This document shows positions 10,480 through 21,597 of a DNA stretch of 64,000 nt, piece after piece. The DNA is taken from positions 6,738 through 70,737 of IMG/VR virus record IMGVR_UViG_3300033148_002931; one strand, given 5' to 3'. The stretch's first letter is position 1, and every line of letters begins with the position of its first letter. The position numbers and the translations under genes are program-made. The notes beneath the pieces were generated by a model. That model saw only the letters and a program-made list of their open reading frames with translations, did not search any database and was not told the DNA's origin. The DNA comes from a virus.

Positions 10480-10935
10480 TTAGTTTGCTGCCAATAACTC
10501 TGGTATTTGTTCCTGTTCCTGTCGTGCTGTGTTCCATGCTAAGCTAACATCTTTATTATCTATATCGGATTTATCATTTAGTATCTCTATCATTCTATCA
10601 AGGATCAAACCACCTTCTACTGCATATCTACACCACTTAATAATATTTGCTTTGGGATAATCTTCCCAAATTACAAGATAATCTTTATAAACTGTATATA
10701 TCCACTCAGCAAATTGTATTGCTTCATATATTTCCAGAAATCTGCTTTGAACAATAGGCTTACCAGATTTGGAATTATATATTCTATATCCTTTACCAAC
10801 CGCTATATAACCTTCAGTTCCTATCATTAGCCCTGTTAGTGTCATGGATTTATTTGTGAGCTTAGAATTGAATTTTACAATTTCATAAGCTTTTCCATTT
10901 ATGAATACAATATTATCTTCATTTATATTTTTCAT
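10480..10935 (-). CDS. Hypothetical protein
   Basis: 151-aa ORF. Confidence 0.55.
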   Translation of the reverse strand: MKNINEDNIVFINGKAYEIVKFNSKLTNKSMTLTGLMIGTEGYIAVGKGYRIYNSKSGKPIVQSRFLEIYEAIQFAEWIYTVYKDYLVIWEDYPKANIIKWCRYAVEGGLILDRMIEILNDKSDIDNKDVSLAWNTARQEQEQIPELLAAN

Positions 10936-10959
10936 AACTAATTACTTTTATCCCCTTCG

Positions 10960-10997
10960 GTGGGGCATACGCTGTATAATAAATTCGTATGCCCCAC
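10960..10997. other. Intergenic inverted repeat (stem-loop)
   Basis: GTGGGGCATACG...CGTATGCCCCAC. Confidence 0.6.
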
Positions 10998-11034
10998 ATC
11001 AAAGAAAGGAAGGAATAAGTAATTCAATTATACC

Positions 11035-11850
11035 TTATTCAAAATCTGCATCAGATTGAGGAGATTGAGTAAGAGTTTCATTATCATCTTCATCAAAATC
11101 AGGCATATCAGATTGAGTTTGTTCTGATGGGGCTTGTGTTTCAGTAGTAGTTTCTTCCCAAGGAACTTCCTCTTGATCAGGTTCATCATAGGACATAATA
11201 GAACCATTAACAATCCAGCCATCTTTCAATGTCACGGAGAATTGGTTAGCCGCGTGTAGAATACGTTTCTGTAATTCAGGAAGAATATTGTCTGAATATT
11301 CAATTGGGCCTAATTCCCATGCTTTAGTAGCATCCAGAAAGTCTTGTAAGTCGCTGGTGTATTTGGAAGTGGGTTTGGTATAGCCTACTAAATCCTTACC
11401 CTCAGCGCTTATTTCGCCAACCCCGAAATGATAACGCATCATGGCCGTAATTTCTAACCCTGCATATCGTTCAGGTTCTAGGATTTCCAGTAAGACCATA
11501 AAATATTCATAAGAATATTCATGTTTTTTGCCATCACGAACAAATGATACTTCTTTCAAGCGCGGTTCTGGAATACCACTATCACGAACAACAAACTCTT
11601 TTACTTTTACAGTGAATGTGCCTTTTTCGGGTTTGAAACTAAACATTATAGTCTCATCCTCAGATAACGATACAATCCACTTGCCTGCCTTGATATTATC
11701 AGGACAATCCTCAGCGAAGAGTATAATCGGATTTTGTGGATCATCTTTGAATAACACTTGCACCTTGCTTTTATCTTTGGAAATTGCTACCTTAGCCAAT
11801 CCCCATCTTGCACTTCCACCACTTGATATAGTTTTTGGTTTGTATGACAT
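11035..11850 (-). CDS. Probable single-stranded DNA-binding protein
   Basis: Lies in the replication module; strongly acidic C-terminal tail ending ...DADFE; AAGGAG RBS before ATG 11850. Confidence 0.5.
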   Translation of the reverse strand: MSYKPKTISSGGSARWGLAKVAISKDKSKVQVLFKDDPQNPIILFAEDCPDNIKAGKWIVSLSEDETIMFSFKPEKGTFTVKVKEFVVRDSGIPEPRLKEVSFVRDGKKHEYSYEYFMVLLEILEPERYAGLEITAMMRYHFGVGEISAEGKDLVGYTKPTSKYTSDLQDFLDATKAWELGPIEYSDNILPELQKRILHAANQFSVTLKDGWIVNGSIMSYDEPDQEEVPWEETTTETQAPSEQTQSDMPDFDEDDNETLTQSPQSDADFE

Positions 11851-11854
11851 AATA

Positions 11855-14496
11855 TTATTTTTCTCCTTTACTATAAAATTCTTTTGCACATTTTTCACAA
11901 CAAAATTCGGCATATGGAATCATTCCTAAAGAATAGTTAAGATTAAATTCATGTATTCCAAGTCCATAAAACTCTTTTTTGCAATTAGTACATATATGAG
12001 GGATCGCATCCTTTTGATACATATCTTGTAATTTTTTAATTTCTTTTTCATTCATTCTTATTTCTCCTTTTATTGTTTAATCTTCCCAAGTTAATTCGTC
12101 ATCAAAGTCATTCTTAGAGGTTGTACTTGGGTTATTATTCTCTACTTCATTTTCTTTTATACGACTACGGTCTAACAATTGTTGTTCACAATATCGTAAT
12201 CCTTCAACCGTCAGAATAGGAGGAGGAACTTCTTCTCCCACTAATTGCAATCGCAGAATTTCTGCTGCATTATCTATGTATTCGTGTTTGACAGGAACAT
12301 CTACTACTACCCATACTGTTATCTGCTCATCTATACGCCAAGATGGAATAAATGTTGGTTTACTTGGCTTATATCGCTCAATATCTATTTGCGCCTGAGA
12401 CCAAGCGAAATAAAGGGGGGAAGTTATTTCTTTAGTCATTGTTTATCCTCTATCATATCTATATACTTCTTCACGCGTTACTAAAAAGTTTTGTGTAGTA
12501 TCAATAAGTTTCCAACCATAAATTGGTTTATCAGTAACCCATTGATATAGTTCTATATCATCATCAAATACAAGACGAAAACGACTATCATTTATTTGCA
12601 TCCAGACATATGTTTGAAAGTTTTCATACCCATCTACGTCTAATTCAGCATAATCAATGTTATCAGTAGTAAATTCTTCTGTACCCATAACAATTTTATA
12701 TCTTCTACTCATTGTTTATTCTCCTTTCAATCCTTTGTTAGTTGTAAAACAATCAATATCGCTATCCACGCTAAAGTATTCCCCGCACAAATTCCCCACA
12801 ATAATTGTGTGATTAATAGATTAGATATAATTATATTAATACCAGCAATTATAAAAGATAGAATAATGAGCATTATGGCTATTCTTAAATAATATTCTCT
12901 AATATCGTCCATTATTTTTTATTCCTATTCTTATTGCTAATTTTTCTAACTTTCTTGTTTCCCATAATTTTTGTCTGTGATGAGTGTGATATTTATTCCA
13001 CACCGATGCTATAAAAGGCATATTACGCTTTTTGCATAAAACATTATAACCTTGCCGAACAGCCCGCTTGAAGGCATATTGTTCGCCAATAAGCGGATTA
13101 TTCTCATCATTAGGGTTCATTATTGCCACTCCACTATGCACAACTGGTATCCCAGAAAGTCGTAACAGACAAATAGTAATATTTTGTACCCTTTTATCTT
13201 TGCTGTCTATTGGGCAAATTACATGAATAAAAGTAACATCTACTGTTTGATCTTCTGTTGACTTATATTGATATTGGCTGATATTAAATATATCATGTTC
13301 ATCTTGCAGTTTGTATAATTCATCTTGCTGATCTAACATAATATCTAATCTGTGTTCCATGTTTATTCCTTCCTTTTTTTTATATATTATTTAGGCTAAT
13401 CCACCGTGTTTGTCAATAAGATCATTGATTACTTCAACGGGAGTGTAGGGATATACATCTTGTGTTAATTTAGTATCCCCTCCGTCTCCTTCAGCATACT
13501 TAGTAATAAGATCATCAGTAGCCGAAGGAAAACCAGCCTCCACATGAGTATAAAAATAGGCATCATCTATTCTAGGTTGACAATACATAGAACGACCAAC
13601 TTGCACACTGATATTGAAACCATCTTTACAGACAATCCGTGGAGCTAAATCGCGGAATGTCACTTTAGTCAGTTGTGTAATAGTCTTATGTTGTTCAAGA
13701 TACTTATTTATATCAAATTTCTTTATCATTATATTTCCTTTCTGATTATTTTTATCTATACTTATCATAACACAGAAACAGTCTGTTTTACATTAGAGAA
13801 TTATGAGAGTTTATAGCAAGATTGACATTTCTATTGGTTTATGTCTATAAGAATCATATTTTATATCATAACCCAAAGCTATATGTCCATACCATTCTTG
13901 AGTAAGGCTATTAGAGAATTGTTTTACATAAAATGTGAGATTATTGATTTTAGTATATCCAACTCTGTAATCTTGTTTCTCTGTTATATCATAAACAGTT
14001 CTGTATTTCTCAGCCCAAACAATATTATCTCCTGTGAGAATAACAACTTTTTGATTTTTCTCTTTCATCTTATTCTTTCTCCAGTGATTGTGGTTCAAAT
14101 TGATATATTTCTTTCATCACATAATTTAATAAGTAGGTGTGATAAATAAAAATATCGTATTCGGCATCATCTGTAAATTGAGTTCCTAATAAATCTATAT
14201 TGTTTTCAAGTCTCTCTTTAATTATTATCCATTCTGGTAACATCAACATTTATACCTCTCCTTTCATCTTATTTTCTCTCTATTGAGTTATAGTAACAAT
14301 CAAAAATAGCATTAGCCATTGTATCCCCATTCCCTTTGTAATATATTTCATTGTAGTCTATATCTACTATTATTACAACCCATCCAGACCCGCCCGACCA
14401 TTTATTATTCTGTGCCATTAGTTCTGCTCCATGTTTATTAGCTAAATATTCTAATTCTGTAAGAGCTTGTTCATAATTGATAATCATTGTAATCAC
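11855..14496 (-). other. Run of small hypothetical CDSs (11855-12055, 12077-12439, 12443-12712, 12727-12912, 12899-13360, 13391-13768, 13811-14098, 14269-14496)
   Basis: Co-oriented ORFs, most with AGGA-type RBSs; typical phage early/middle genes. Confidence 0.6.
13764..13810 (-). promoter_or_regulatory. Conserved early promoter with Pho-box-like repeat and palindromic operator
   Basis: Minus strand CTCTCATAATTCTCTAAT-GTAAAACAGACTGTTTCTGTGT-TATGAT; the same layout recurs at 16565, 18474, 20329 and 24347. Confidence 0.7.
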
Positions 14497-14827
14497 TCCT
14501 CATATATTGCATTGCAGTTTTTGGGTTGCACTTAGGGCAAAGTTTTTTACTATTCTTATATCGTTTCAGTTGTCTTTCCCATTGCATTGCAGTTTTTTGG
14601 TCAGAGCACAACCAGACACGTATTACATTATAATCTATTGCAGTCTTATTACAATATTGCAGTATTCTAGCTCCACGTCCTGACCGATGTCTTTGTAGCC
14701 TTCCAGGAACATTATTGGTACTGCCAATATAGTGTTGTGCGGAATGTTTAGCAGTACCAATAGTTTGTTGGAAATGGATCAGATAGACAAACCACTTATT
14801 AGACTTCAATCTGATCCCAGACATCAT
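14471..14827 (-). CDS. GIY-YIG nuclease
   Basis: VYLIHF...HYIGSTNNVPGRLQRH...ERQLK. Confidence 0.8.
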   Translation of the reverse strand: MMSGIRLKSNKWFVYLIHFQQTIGTAKHSAQHYIGSTNNVPGRLQRHRSGRGARILQYCNKTAIDYNVIRVWLCSDQKTAMQWERQLKRYKNSKKLCPKCNPKTAMQYMRSDYNDYQL

Positions 14828-15092
14828 TAATCATTCGTTCAAAGTGATTAATAATAATTCGTCTCTCATCTTTATCATATATCTCATCGTTGACAGATAT
14901 AAAGTCACGAACACAATCTGATACATAATCCTCTTTATTGCTATTATAATCCTTTGCATCATACTCAGTGTAGCCTAAACATTGTAAGTATTCATTTACT
15001 TGATTATGTAACTCATTCACTCTATCATTCCAGTTCTGATTTCTTTTCATTGTCTTGCTCCTCTCTTTTTTCAGGTTTCCAATGATCCCCAT
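14799..15092 (-). CDS. Hypothetical protein
   Basis: ORF overlapping both neighbours. Confidence 0.45.
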   Translation of the reverse strand: MGIIGNLKKERSKTMKRNQNWNDRVNELHNQVNEYLQCLGYTEYDAKDYNSNKEDYVSDCVRDFISVNDEIYDKDERRIIINHFERMINDVWDQIEV

Positions 15093-15552
15093 TATATTGA
15101 TCTAAGTTTGCTGGCATAATCATAGCATATTTTTCCTCACCACTGACTTCCATCGGGTGATTAGGGGAATAAAACGTCAATTTGACTGTTTCACCTTTGT
15201 CGAACCCTGACAAGGCATCAATTAAATATTGTGGATTGATACCAATCTCTAAGATTGGCTCTTTGTCCGGCACAATCTGACTTGTGTCAGGAAAAGTAAC
15301 TTTTTCAAGCGATTGCACAATCCAATTTCCAGTCTTACCGGTAACCGCGTCTATTCCATGCAATCCCTCAGGAAAGTTTTCAATTGCATTGGTTGCATGT
15401 AAACGGAAACCGTCAACCGCTTCCAGATGACCATTTTCATTGTTGACCGCTTGCAGTGCTAATCTTGCGGCGTCTTTTGAAACGGCTTTTTTCAGCCATT
15501 TCATGGTCTTATTGTCATCTCTATCTAATTCTAATTTGATTATTTCATTCAT
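15025..15552 (-). CDS. Truncated DNA polymerase III beta-clamp-like protein
   Basis: SKDAARLAL, AVDGFRL, FPD..IVP, INPQYLIDAL and YAMIMP match DnaN domain 2/3 motifs. Confidence 0.7.
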   Translation of the reverse strand: MNEIIKLELDRDDNKTMKWLKKAVSKDAARLALQAVNNENGHLEAVDGFRLHATNAIENFPEGLHGIDAVTGKTGNWIVQSLEKVTFPDTSQIVPDKEPILEIGINPQYLIDALSGFDKGETVKLTFYSPNHPMEVSGEEKYAMIMPANLDQYNGDHWKPEKREEQDNEKKSELE

Positions 15553-16208
15553 TGCATTTTCTCCTCTTTTTTGTGATAATCAATTATATCTTTAGCTTCC
15601 TCAATTATGTATTTCTCACTATCATATCCATAATATCCCCAACACGAATCAATTGATTCGCCATCTGGATCAATCACATTATATCCAAATACTGTACCAG
15701 TCAAATAATTATCATAAGTAGCAACCTCATTCCTAAGATACTCTTCAATTTTCTTTATTCGTTGCTTAGTAATGTAAGTCCATCCATATTCAGATTTTAG
15801 TTTCTCATATGAAACATATATCCAACCCACTTGACCACTATCCCAAGGGCAAGAGAAAGATGAAGTTTTCATAGTAATACCACTATGATTGTAGAGATAA
15901 AGTGGTAGAATTATATAATTCTTTTCAATGTATTTGTCTACTCTCTCTTGTTGTTCTTCACTAAATCCGTATAAAGAACAATCCATATATTCATCATCTG
16001 AAATAGTGACACTAAATTCAATCAAGTCTAATTGAAAATCTGATGGTCGTTCATAATCGTGTTTATCTCCTAATGTATAGCGATTATGCCAGCATATCAT
16101 TGTGCCCAAACTATCCCAACAATCTCGTGGTGACATAGGATAATTCTCATATTCAATTCTAATATTATAATCTTTATAACTTGTTTCGTTATATATTTCG
16201 TTATCCAT
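15549..16208 (-). CDS. Acidic hypothetical phage protein
   Basis: 219-aa ORF containing LPLYLYNHSGIT..CPWDSGQVGWIY. Confidence 0.6.
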   Translation of the reverse strand: MDNEIYNETSYKDYNIRIEYENYPMSPRDCWDSLGTMICWHNRYTLGDKHDYERPSDFQLDLIEFSVTISDDEYMDCSLYGFSEEQQERVDKYIEKNYIILPLYLYNHSGITMKTSSFSCPWDSGQVGWIYVSYEKLKSEYGWTYITKQRIKKIEEYLRNEVATYDNYLTGTVFGYNVIDPDGESIDSCWGYYGYDSEKYIIEEAKDIIDYHKKEEKMQ

Positions 16209-16564
16209 TGCAGTTTTTCCTTTCTAATATATTCTAGCAACTTCACTAGATTGATAAAACAATTAGTATAACCTATCCACTCAAGATAGGTTTTCCGATA
16301 TAATTTACCTTTTTTGTTCCCATTGCATTTTCTCCTTATATTACGCTTGCGGCAAGATATGTTTCCCTTGCTAGTTTCTCACCCATTTTATCAAAGTCCT
16401 CTGGATCAATTCCGTACTGATAATCTCTATCATAGGTGTCAACCAAATACCATTGTTTGGTACGCGTACCATAAACTAATTTCGCCCTCAGAGAACAACT
16501 ATTGATTATTATTTTTGTGTCCATTGCAGTTTTCCTCCGTTTCTAATTTTGATTATCTAATCTA

Positions 16565-16610
16565 ATCATACCATAAAACAGGCTGTTTTAGATTAGAGGA
16601 TTATGAGAGT
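16565..16610 (-). promoter_or_regulatory. Conserved early promoter copy
   Basis: CTCTCATAATCCTCTAAT-CTAAAACAGCCTGTTTTATGG-TATGAT. Confidence 0.7.
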
Positions 16611-18473
16611 GTAAAATGTATATCGTCATTAACTTACCCGAATTAACAGGGTTATACATTTTACATTATTGCAGTTTTTATACGCGTTCAGCCCAATAAA
16701 GCATTGCACAGAATACTATAATTATTATAACGCTGGCGGGGATTATTTCAAAGTTCATTTTCTATTTTCCTTGCTTGATCTAATGTATCAATAATATACG
16801 CAATATAATAAGCATAACTATAAAACAAACGTTCATTTTCAATGCTAGTAATATCATTGACACCATAAAAACTTTTACAGGCATTGGCAAGAATATATTT
16901 ATGTTTATCAATCAAGTAAAATTGTATATCATTTATATTAAGGTTCGTACGATAATCCCATTGTACTGGACGCAGATTGCAGTCTCTAATAATTTCTAGC
17001 AATAGTTTATCGTAATAATTATCATCTGATAATGTAACTAAATCACCATGAAAATAACTTTTTAGCGTAATAATATCTTTTTCATTTGCAGTATTGCTAA
17101 TTATTGGAGTCGTACGCGTGGTTGTTATTGCAGTTTTCATGTTATTTTATCCTTTCATTATTGAATAATAAATCAATTGGTAGAATATAGCAACCTCAAG
17201 GCTATATTCTACGGATTGATTAATTATGCAGTTTCTTGCAGTGAATTATTTCAGTGTTGTCACCATATTGTACCCCCCACCATTTATTATTATTGGCATC
17301 AGTAAACCAAGCATCCCGACGCGTTATGCCCCAATTATGCCCATTAGGTTTTATACTGACCGTCGCAGCCATTTGCAGTGAATTGGGCCAGTTTGTCACA
17401 ACCCATTTTTCATTGATTGTAGTGAGATATAAACAAATACGGTCATGTGTTGCCATATATTCAATGTCCTGTATTGCACAACACTGGTAACAGAATTTCT
17501 TACCATCTTTATTTATACCATACCCTACCCCTATCCCATCCCCACCATTTTTTACTAGAGTGTGTCCACAATCTAATTTTTCCATGATTTTATTCCTTTT
17601 CAATTGATTAACTATTGATTTTCCTTGTTACTTGTGGAAAATGAACGTTTGCATGATTATCATAATAATATAACATTTCCGCTTCATCTTGATAAACTCT
17701 TGAGTTTGCTTTATGACAACCGTGATCATGCACAATCATTGCGTAACTCTCAGAAAATGCAATCCCTACCTTAATTGTGTCACCAAAATAACCATCTTTT
17801 ACATAACATTCCCGCTTGACACTTTCTTTTACTTTATAATAGTTCACCATGATTTTATTTCCTTTCTGATTAGACTAAATTATAAAACCTCACCTATAAT
17901 CATTATCTCAAGGGAATAATGATTATAAGTCAAGTTTAATAAGCCGCTATTAGAATACCAGTTTCAAATTCAATAACAGACGTTCGATCATAAAAATAAT
18001 TTAATGCTTCTTGTTCTGAATAATCAGTATCAATACAATAATCTTGAAATGCTTCCTTTGTAGTGGGATATTCCATCCAATCACAACAAATCGCGATAAC
18101 GTCTAATTCAACGTTATTGTCTGCGTTATCATAATAATCAAATAATGCAGTCAATGCATTATATGAAAATTGATCACCACGCCCCATATTATGAAAAGCT
18201 TGTCTAAAATCATACTCATTAATATTTTTATACATTGTAATTATCCTTTCATTTCTACGTAATAGTAAGTTAAATTTGTTTGACGTGATTGTATATCTTT
18301 TATTTTTATTGCTAATTCACTAACTTTGTCCCAATTTTCTTTAGTGATAGTAGAATATATTTCACGTAATAACACATTTTCAATATTGCATAAATCATTC
18401 ATTGCAACTTTTATTTCTTGTTTATTCATGTTATTTTTCCTTTTCGTGATATAATTAAATTTATCTTATAACT

Positions 18474-18517
18474 ATTGTATCATAAAACAGACTGTTTTTA
18501 GATTAATGTTTGATTAA
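18474..18517 (-). promoter_or_regulatory. Conserved early promoter copy
   Basis: TTAAT repeats 11 bp apart, AAACAGTCTGTTT operator, -10 TACAAT. Confidence 0.6.
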
Positions 18518-18607
18518 AATATTTTCATATTGCAGTTTAAAATTATATTGCAGTTTATTTATATTGCACTATTGCAGTCTATCTTAATCCAACTGCCAAA
18601 GAATCCT

Positions 18608-18659
18608 TGAACGTTTGTGCTAGTTATCTGATTAATCGGATTAATAAAACGTTTGTTCT
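18608..18659. promoter_or_regulatory. Two near-consensus SOS (LexA) boxes
   Basis: TGAACGTTTGTGCT (18608) and AAAACGTTTGTTCT (18646). Confidence 0.5.
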
Positions 18660-18687
18660 AAAAATATCGCGGTCTCTGTAAATAATT

Positions 18688-18721
18688 ATGCCCCCCTGTT
18701 AGAATTCTAACAGGGGGGCAT
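18688..18721. repeat. Perfect 34-bp palindrome (terminator or cruciform)
   Basis: ATGCCCCCCTGTTAGAATTCTAACAGGGGGGCAT. Confidence 0.75.
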
Positions 18722-20328
18722 TGGTATGCTATGCTACTAATGTTACGTTGACTGGTAGTACAGTCCAGTCGTCTAAATCATCACTGTTGACACTTGAAAA
18801 TCCGTTATTAAGCCATGCCCCACCCGCGTATACTTCAGGATGATGTTTTTTATCAAATTCGATAAACAATTCAAACAATTGATTATTGGTATATTCATTA
18901 ATAGTAGGAAAGCCATTAACTGATTGAATATTATTCCATTCAGGATATACCATCTTATACAACCCTATAATAATGTTTGATTGATGATCACTTTCCTGAA
19001 ACAATAATTCTACTTTATTCTTATCTAATGCTACAGTTTTTAACATGATTTTACCTTTCTTTTCTTATGATTAATTTTACTCTTTTGAGTAAATTGAAAA
19101 ATCTAATTGAAGTAGCATATCTTATCAGGATATGCTACTTGGATTAGATTATTATCCCGATGATACTAAATCAGGATAATAGTTATCCAACAGTATAGCC
19201 AATAGAATCGAATCTTTTCGGTTGTGGACTTCCTGATCAATAAAATTAATCAAATAATCCATAGAATAAAACGTCATTTCTTGTACTTGCGATAATACTT
19301 TTTCTATCATACTATCATCGCCTTTAACTCTTTTTTAACTTCCCTTGCTACTTCACCACGCCAACCCCCCGCATTCGCTAAAAAGTATAATACAACTGAT
19401 TTGGCAGAATCAAACATATAATGGTCTGTAATATCATCCAATTCTACCATTGCGTCAAGGTAAGGCTGTGCAGCGTAGTTAACATTCTTCCAATTATCGC
19501 GAATTTCAATCGCGATTTCCCATAGTTTGCGGTTTTTCATGATTTTATCTTTCCTTTGTTGATATCCGATATGATTAATTTCCTTAACAGGGGGGATTGT
19601 ATTTTCTTAGCGCGTTCAAGAGCCGCTTCCCGCTTTATCCAAGCTTCCCATTTTTTACTTGTCGTTCGTTCCATAATTTACCATCCTTTATATTGATTAT
19701 TCTATCCCAGGTAGGATAGATTAATAAAAAAATTGGTATAATCCTATCCTGGTGTAGATAGGATTATATGGATTATTCTATTAATTCGTGTATTCCGACA
19801 ACCATCGAGCCGTTTCAGAATAAGTCAAAAATGGGCCGTCAATATATTCTATTGATGTGAATGGTTTATTTTCACCTTTACATTGGATAATTTGTGGGCC
19901 TAAAATTGAATTGCTATATTCAACTATGTAATATGCTTTGGTATTTTCTGGTATTTTCATATCATCCTTCCTTAAGTTAATTTTATACTTATAACAAAAG
20001 TGTAAATTTTATACCGATACAATCTTGCTATACTTGTACCGATACAAGTATACAGTTATCTTATCTTATACGTGTCCATACCTTCACGTGATATTCCAGT
20101 GTGCTTAATTAATCCGCGGTATTCGCAATAATCTAAAAAGCTAGAATACTCATGCCAGTTTTTGTTTATGCCTGATGCTTTTTGATGATCGGATTTTAAA
20201 GACATCCCATCATAAGTGTAACCTTCTGCTAGCATAAATATACAATCTAACTTTTCTTGAGCCGTTAACTTGCGTTCTGTAGTCATGTCAATTATCCTTT
20301 CAATACAATTTGGTTAACTTCTATATTT

Positions 20329-20385
20329 ATTATAGCAAATTTCAGAAGTGATTGTATTAATCTAGCATTAAAATCAGATGAGAGT
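20329..20385 (-). promoter_or_regulatory. Early promoter with three 11-bp-phased repeats
   Basis: CTCAT/TTAAT/TTAAT at an 11-bp period, 21 nt upstream of the TATAAT of an extended TGc-TATAAT. Confidence 0.65.
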
Positions 20386-20824
20386 ATTTTAATATAGCCT
20401 TACTTGTCAGACAACCTTTACATTTTATCGTTTCTTAGAGAGCGTGGTAACGCGCGTTACCTTTGATTTATCAATTATAGGTCATTTACTACCTATCCAC
20501 TATTCTAATAATCTTTTACCATTATAAGTGACACCATAGTGTAGGTTATACAATAAGGATACCAGTCCCTGATAATAAACAAATGTAATATAAACAACAA
20601 ATGTAGTATACATTATACATGGTATCATATGCTATTGGTTGTCACATATACTATGCATAATAACATAAGCAATAGGTTGTCACTTATAATACATTGTGTA
20701 TCATATCTATTATTGACAATCATTATCATTTAGCTATTGCGATTATATACTAGTACAATCACTTGCTACTACTACTATGTGCTATTGCGATTATATGCAA
20801 TAAGATTAGATCGCTGGTATTGTT

Positions 20825-21070
20825 AGTACATTTGTTCTAATTATAATTATTAGCACACTTGTTCTAGTTCCTGGAACTAGAACACCAGAACGTTTGTTCT
20901 AATTATCCTACTTGTCAGACAACTACCAATTATTAGAATACTTGTTCTAATGTTACATGGTATGTCAGAACATTTGTTCTAGACCAGCCGGTAGAACGTT
21001 TGTTCTAATCTTCCGGCTTCTAGTAGTAGAACGTTTGTTCTATTATCCCCATTGTTAGCACATATGTTCT
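20825..21070. repeat. Array of eight LexA/SOS-type boxes (AGAAC-N4-GTTCT)
   Basis: Boxes at 20825, 20852, 20887, 20935, 20967, 20993, 21028 and 21057; four perfect, four with one mismatch. Confidence 0.8.
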
Positions 21071-21092
21071 AGTATTCTACCTACCATACCAA

Positions 21093-21182
21093 CATTAACC
21101 CTACATTAATCTCACATTAGAATTAGATTAGAGCGCCCCCTACCACACTAGCATTAAAAGAACATTAATCTAAGATGAGAGT
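21093..21182. repeat. 11-bp-periodic CATTAA-type direct repeats
   Basis: CATTAA/CATTAA/CATTAG/GATTAG at 21093, 21104, 21115, 21126; CATTAA/CATTAA/GATGAG at 21152, 21163, 21174. Confidence 0.65.
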
Positions 21183-21597
21183 TTGGATAGAGTAACGCGG
21201 GAAGTGCGTGTATACTAACGCACCAGTATCCCTGAATTTTGTCTCGGAATTTTGATATTGCAGTTTTGGGATTATGTATATACAATCAATTTCTAAAATT
21301 TTGTTCCCATTTTTTCGTATTTATTTTATCTAAAACAGTATGTTTCTATTCTTACTTGCATTGCAGTATTGTTCATTTATATCACAACTAACAAGATTTC
21401 TTTATTGTTCAAATGGGAAATATGATGCAAATACATTTACATAACACAGAACCGCCATTATCCCTAACCCTATCTTTACAAATGGATTAGACACAATTTC
21501 TATAAGTGCAAAGGATATTAATGCAATACCCATTAACGTTATTCTTGATATTATTAGTGTTTTTCTTGTATTATTCATTTTTATTATTTCTCCTTTT

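Larger units (their letters stand above)
16336..20286 (-). other. Probable early/host-takeover gene region (16336-16524, 16748-17140, 17220-17603, 17608-17850, 17936-18235, 18241-18429, 18729-19046, 19307-19540, 20056-20286)
   Basis: Small co-oriented ORFs with AAAGG RBSs, separated by long hairpins and repeated promoters. Confidence 0.6.

Noticed and set aside
20825-21070. Mini-CRISPR array
   Set aside because: The repeat is only 14 bp with a variable core, spacers are irregular (12-34 nt), no cas genes are present, and the unit matches the LexA palindrome
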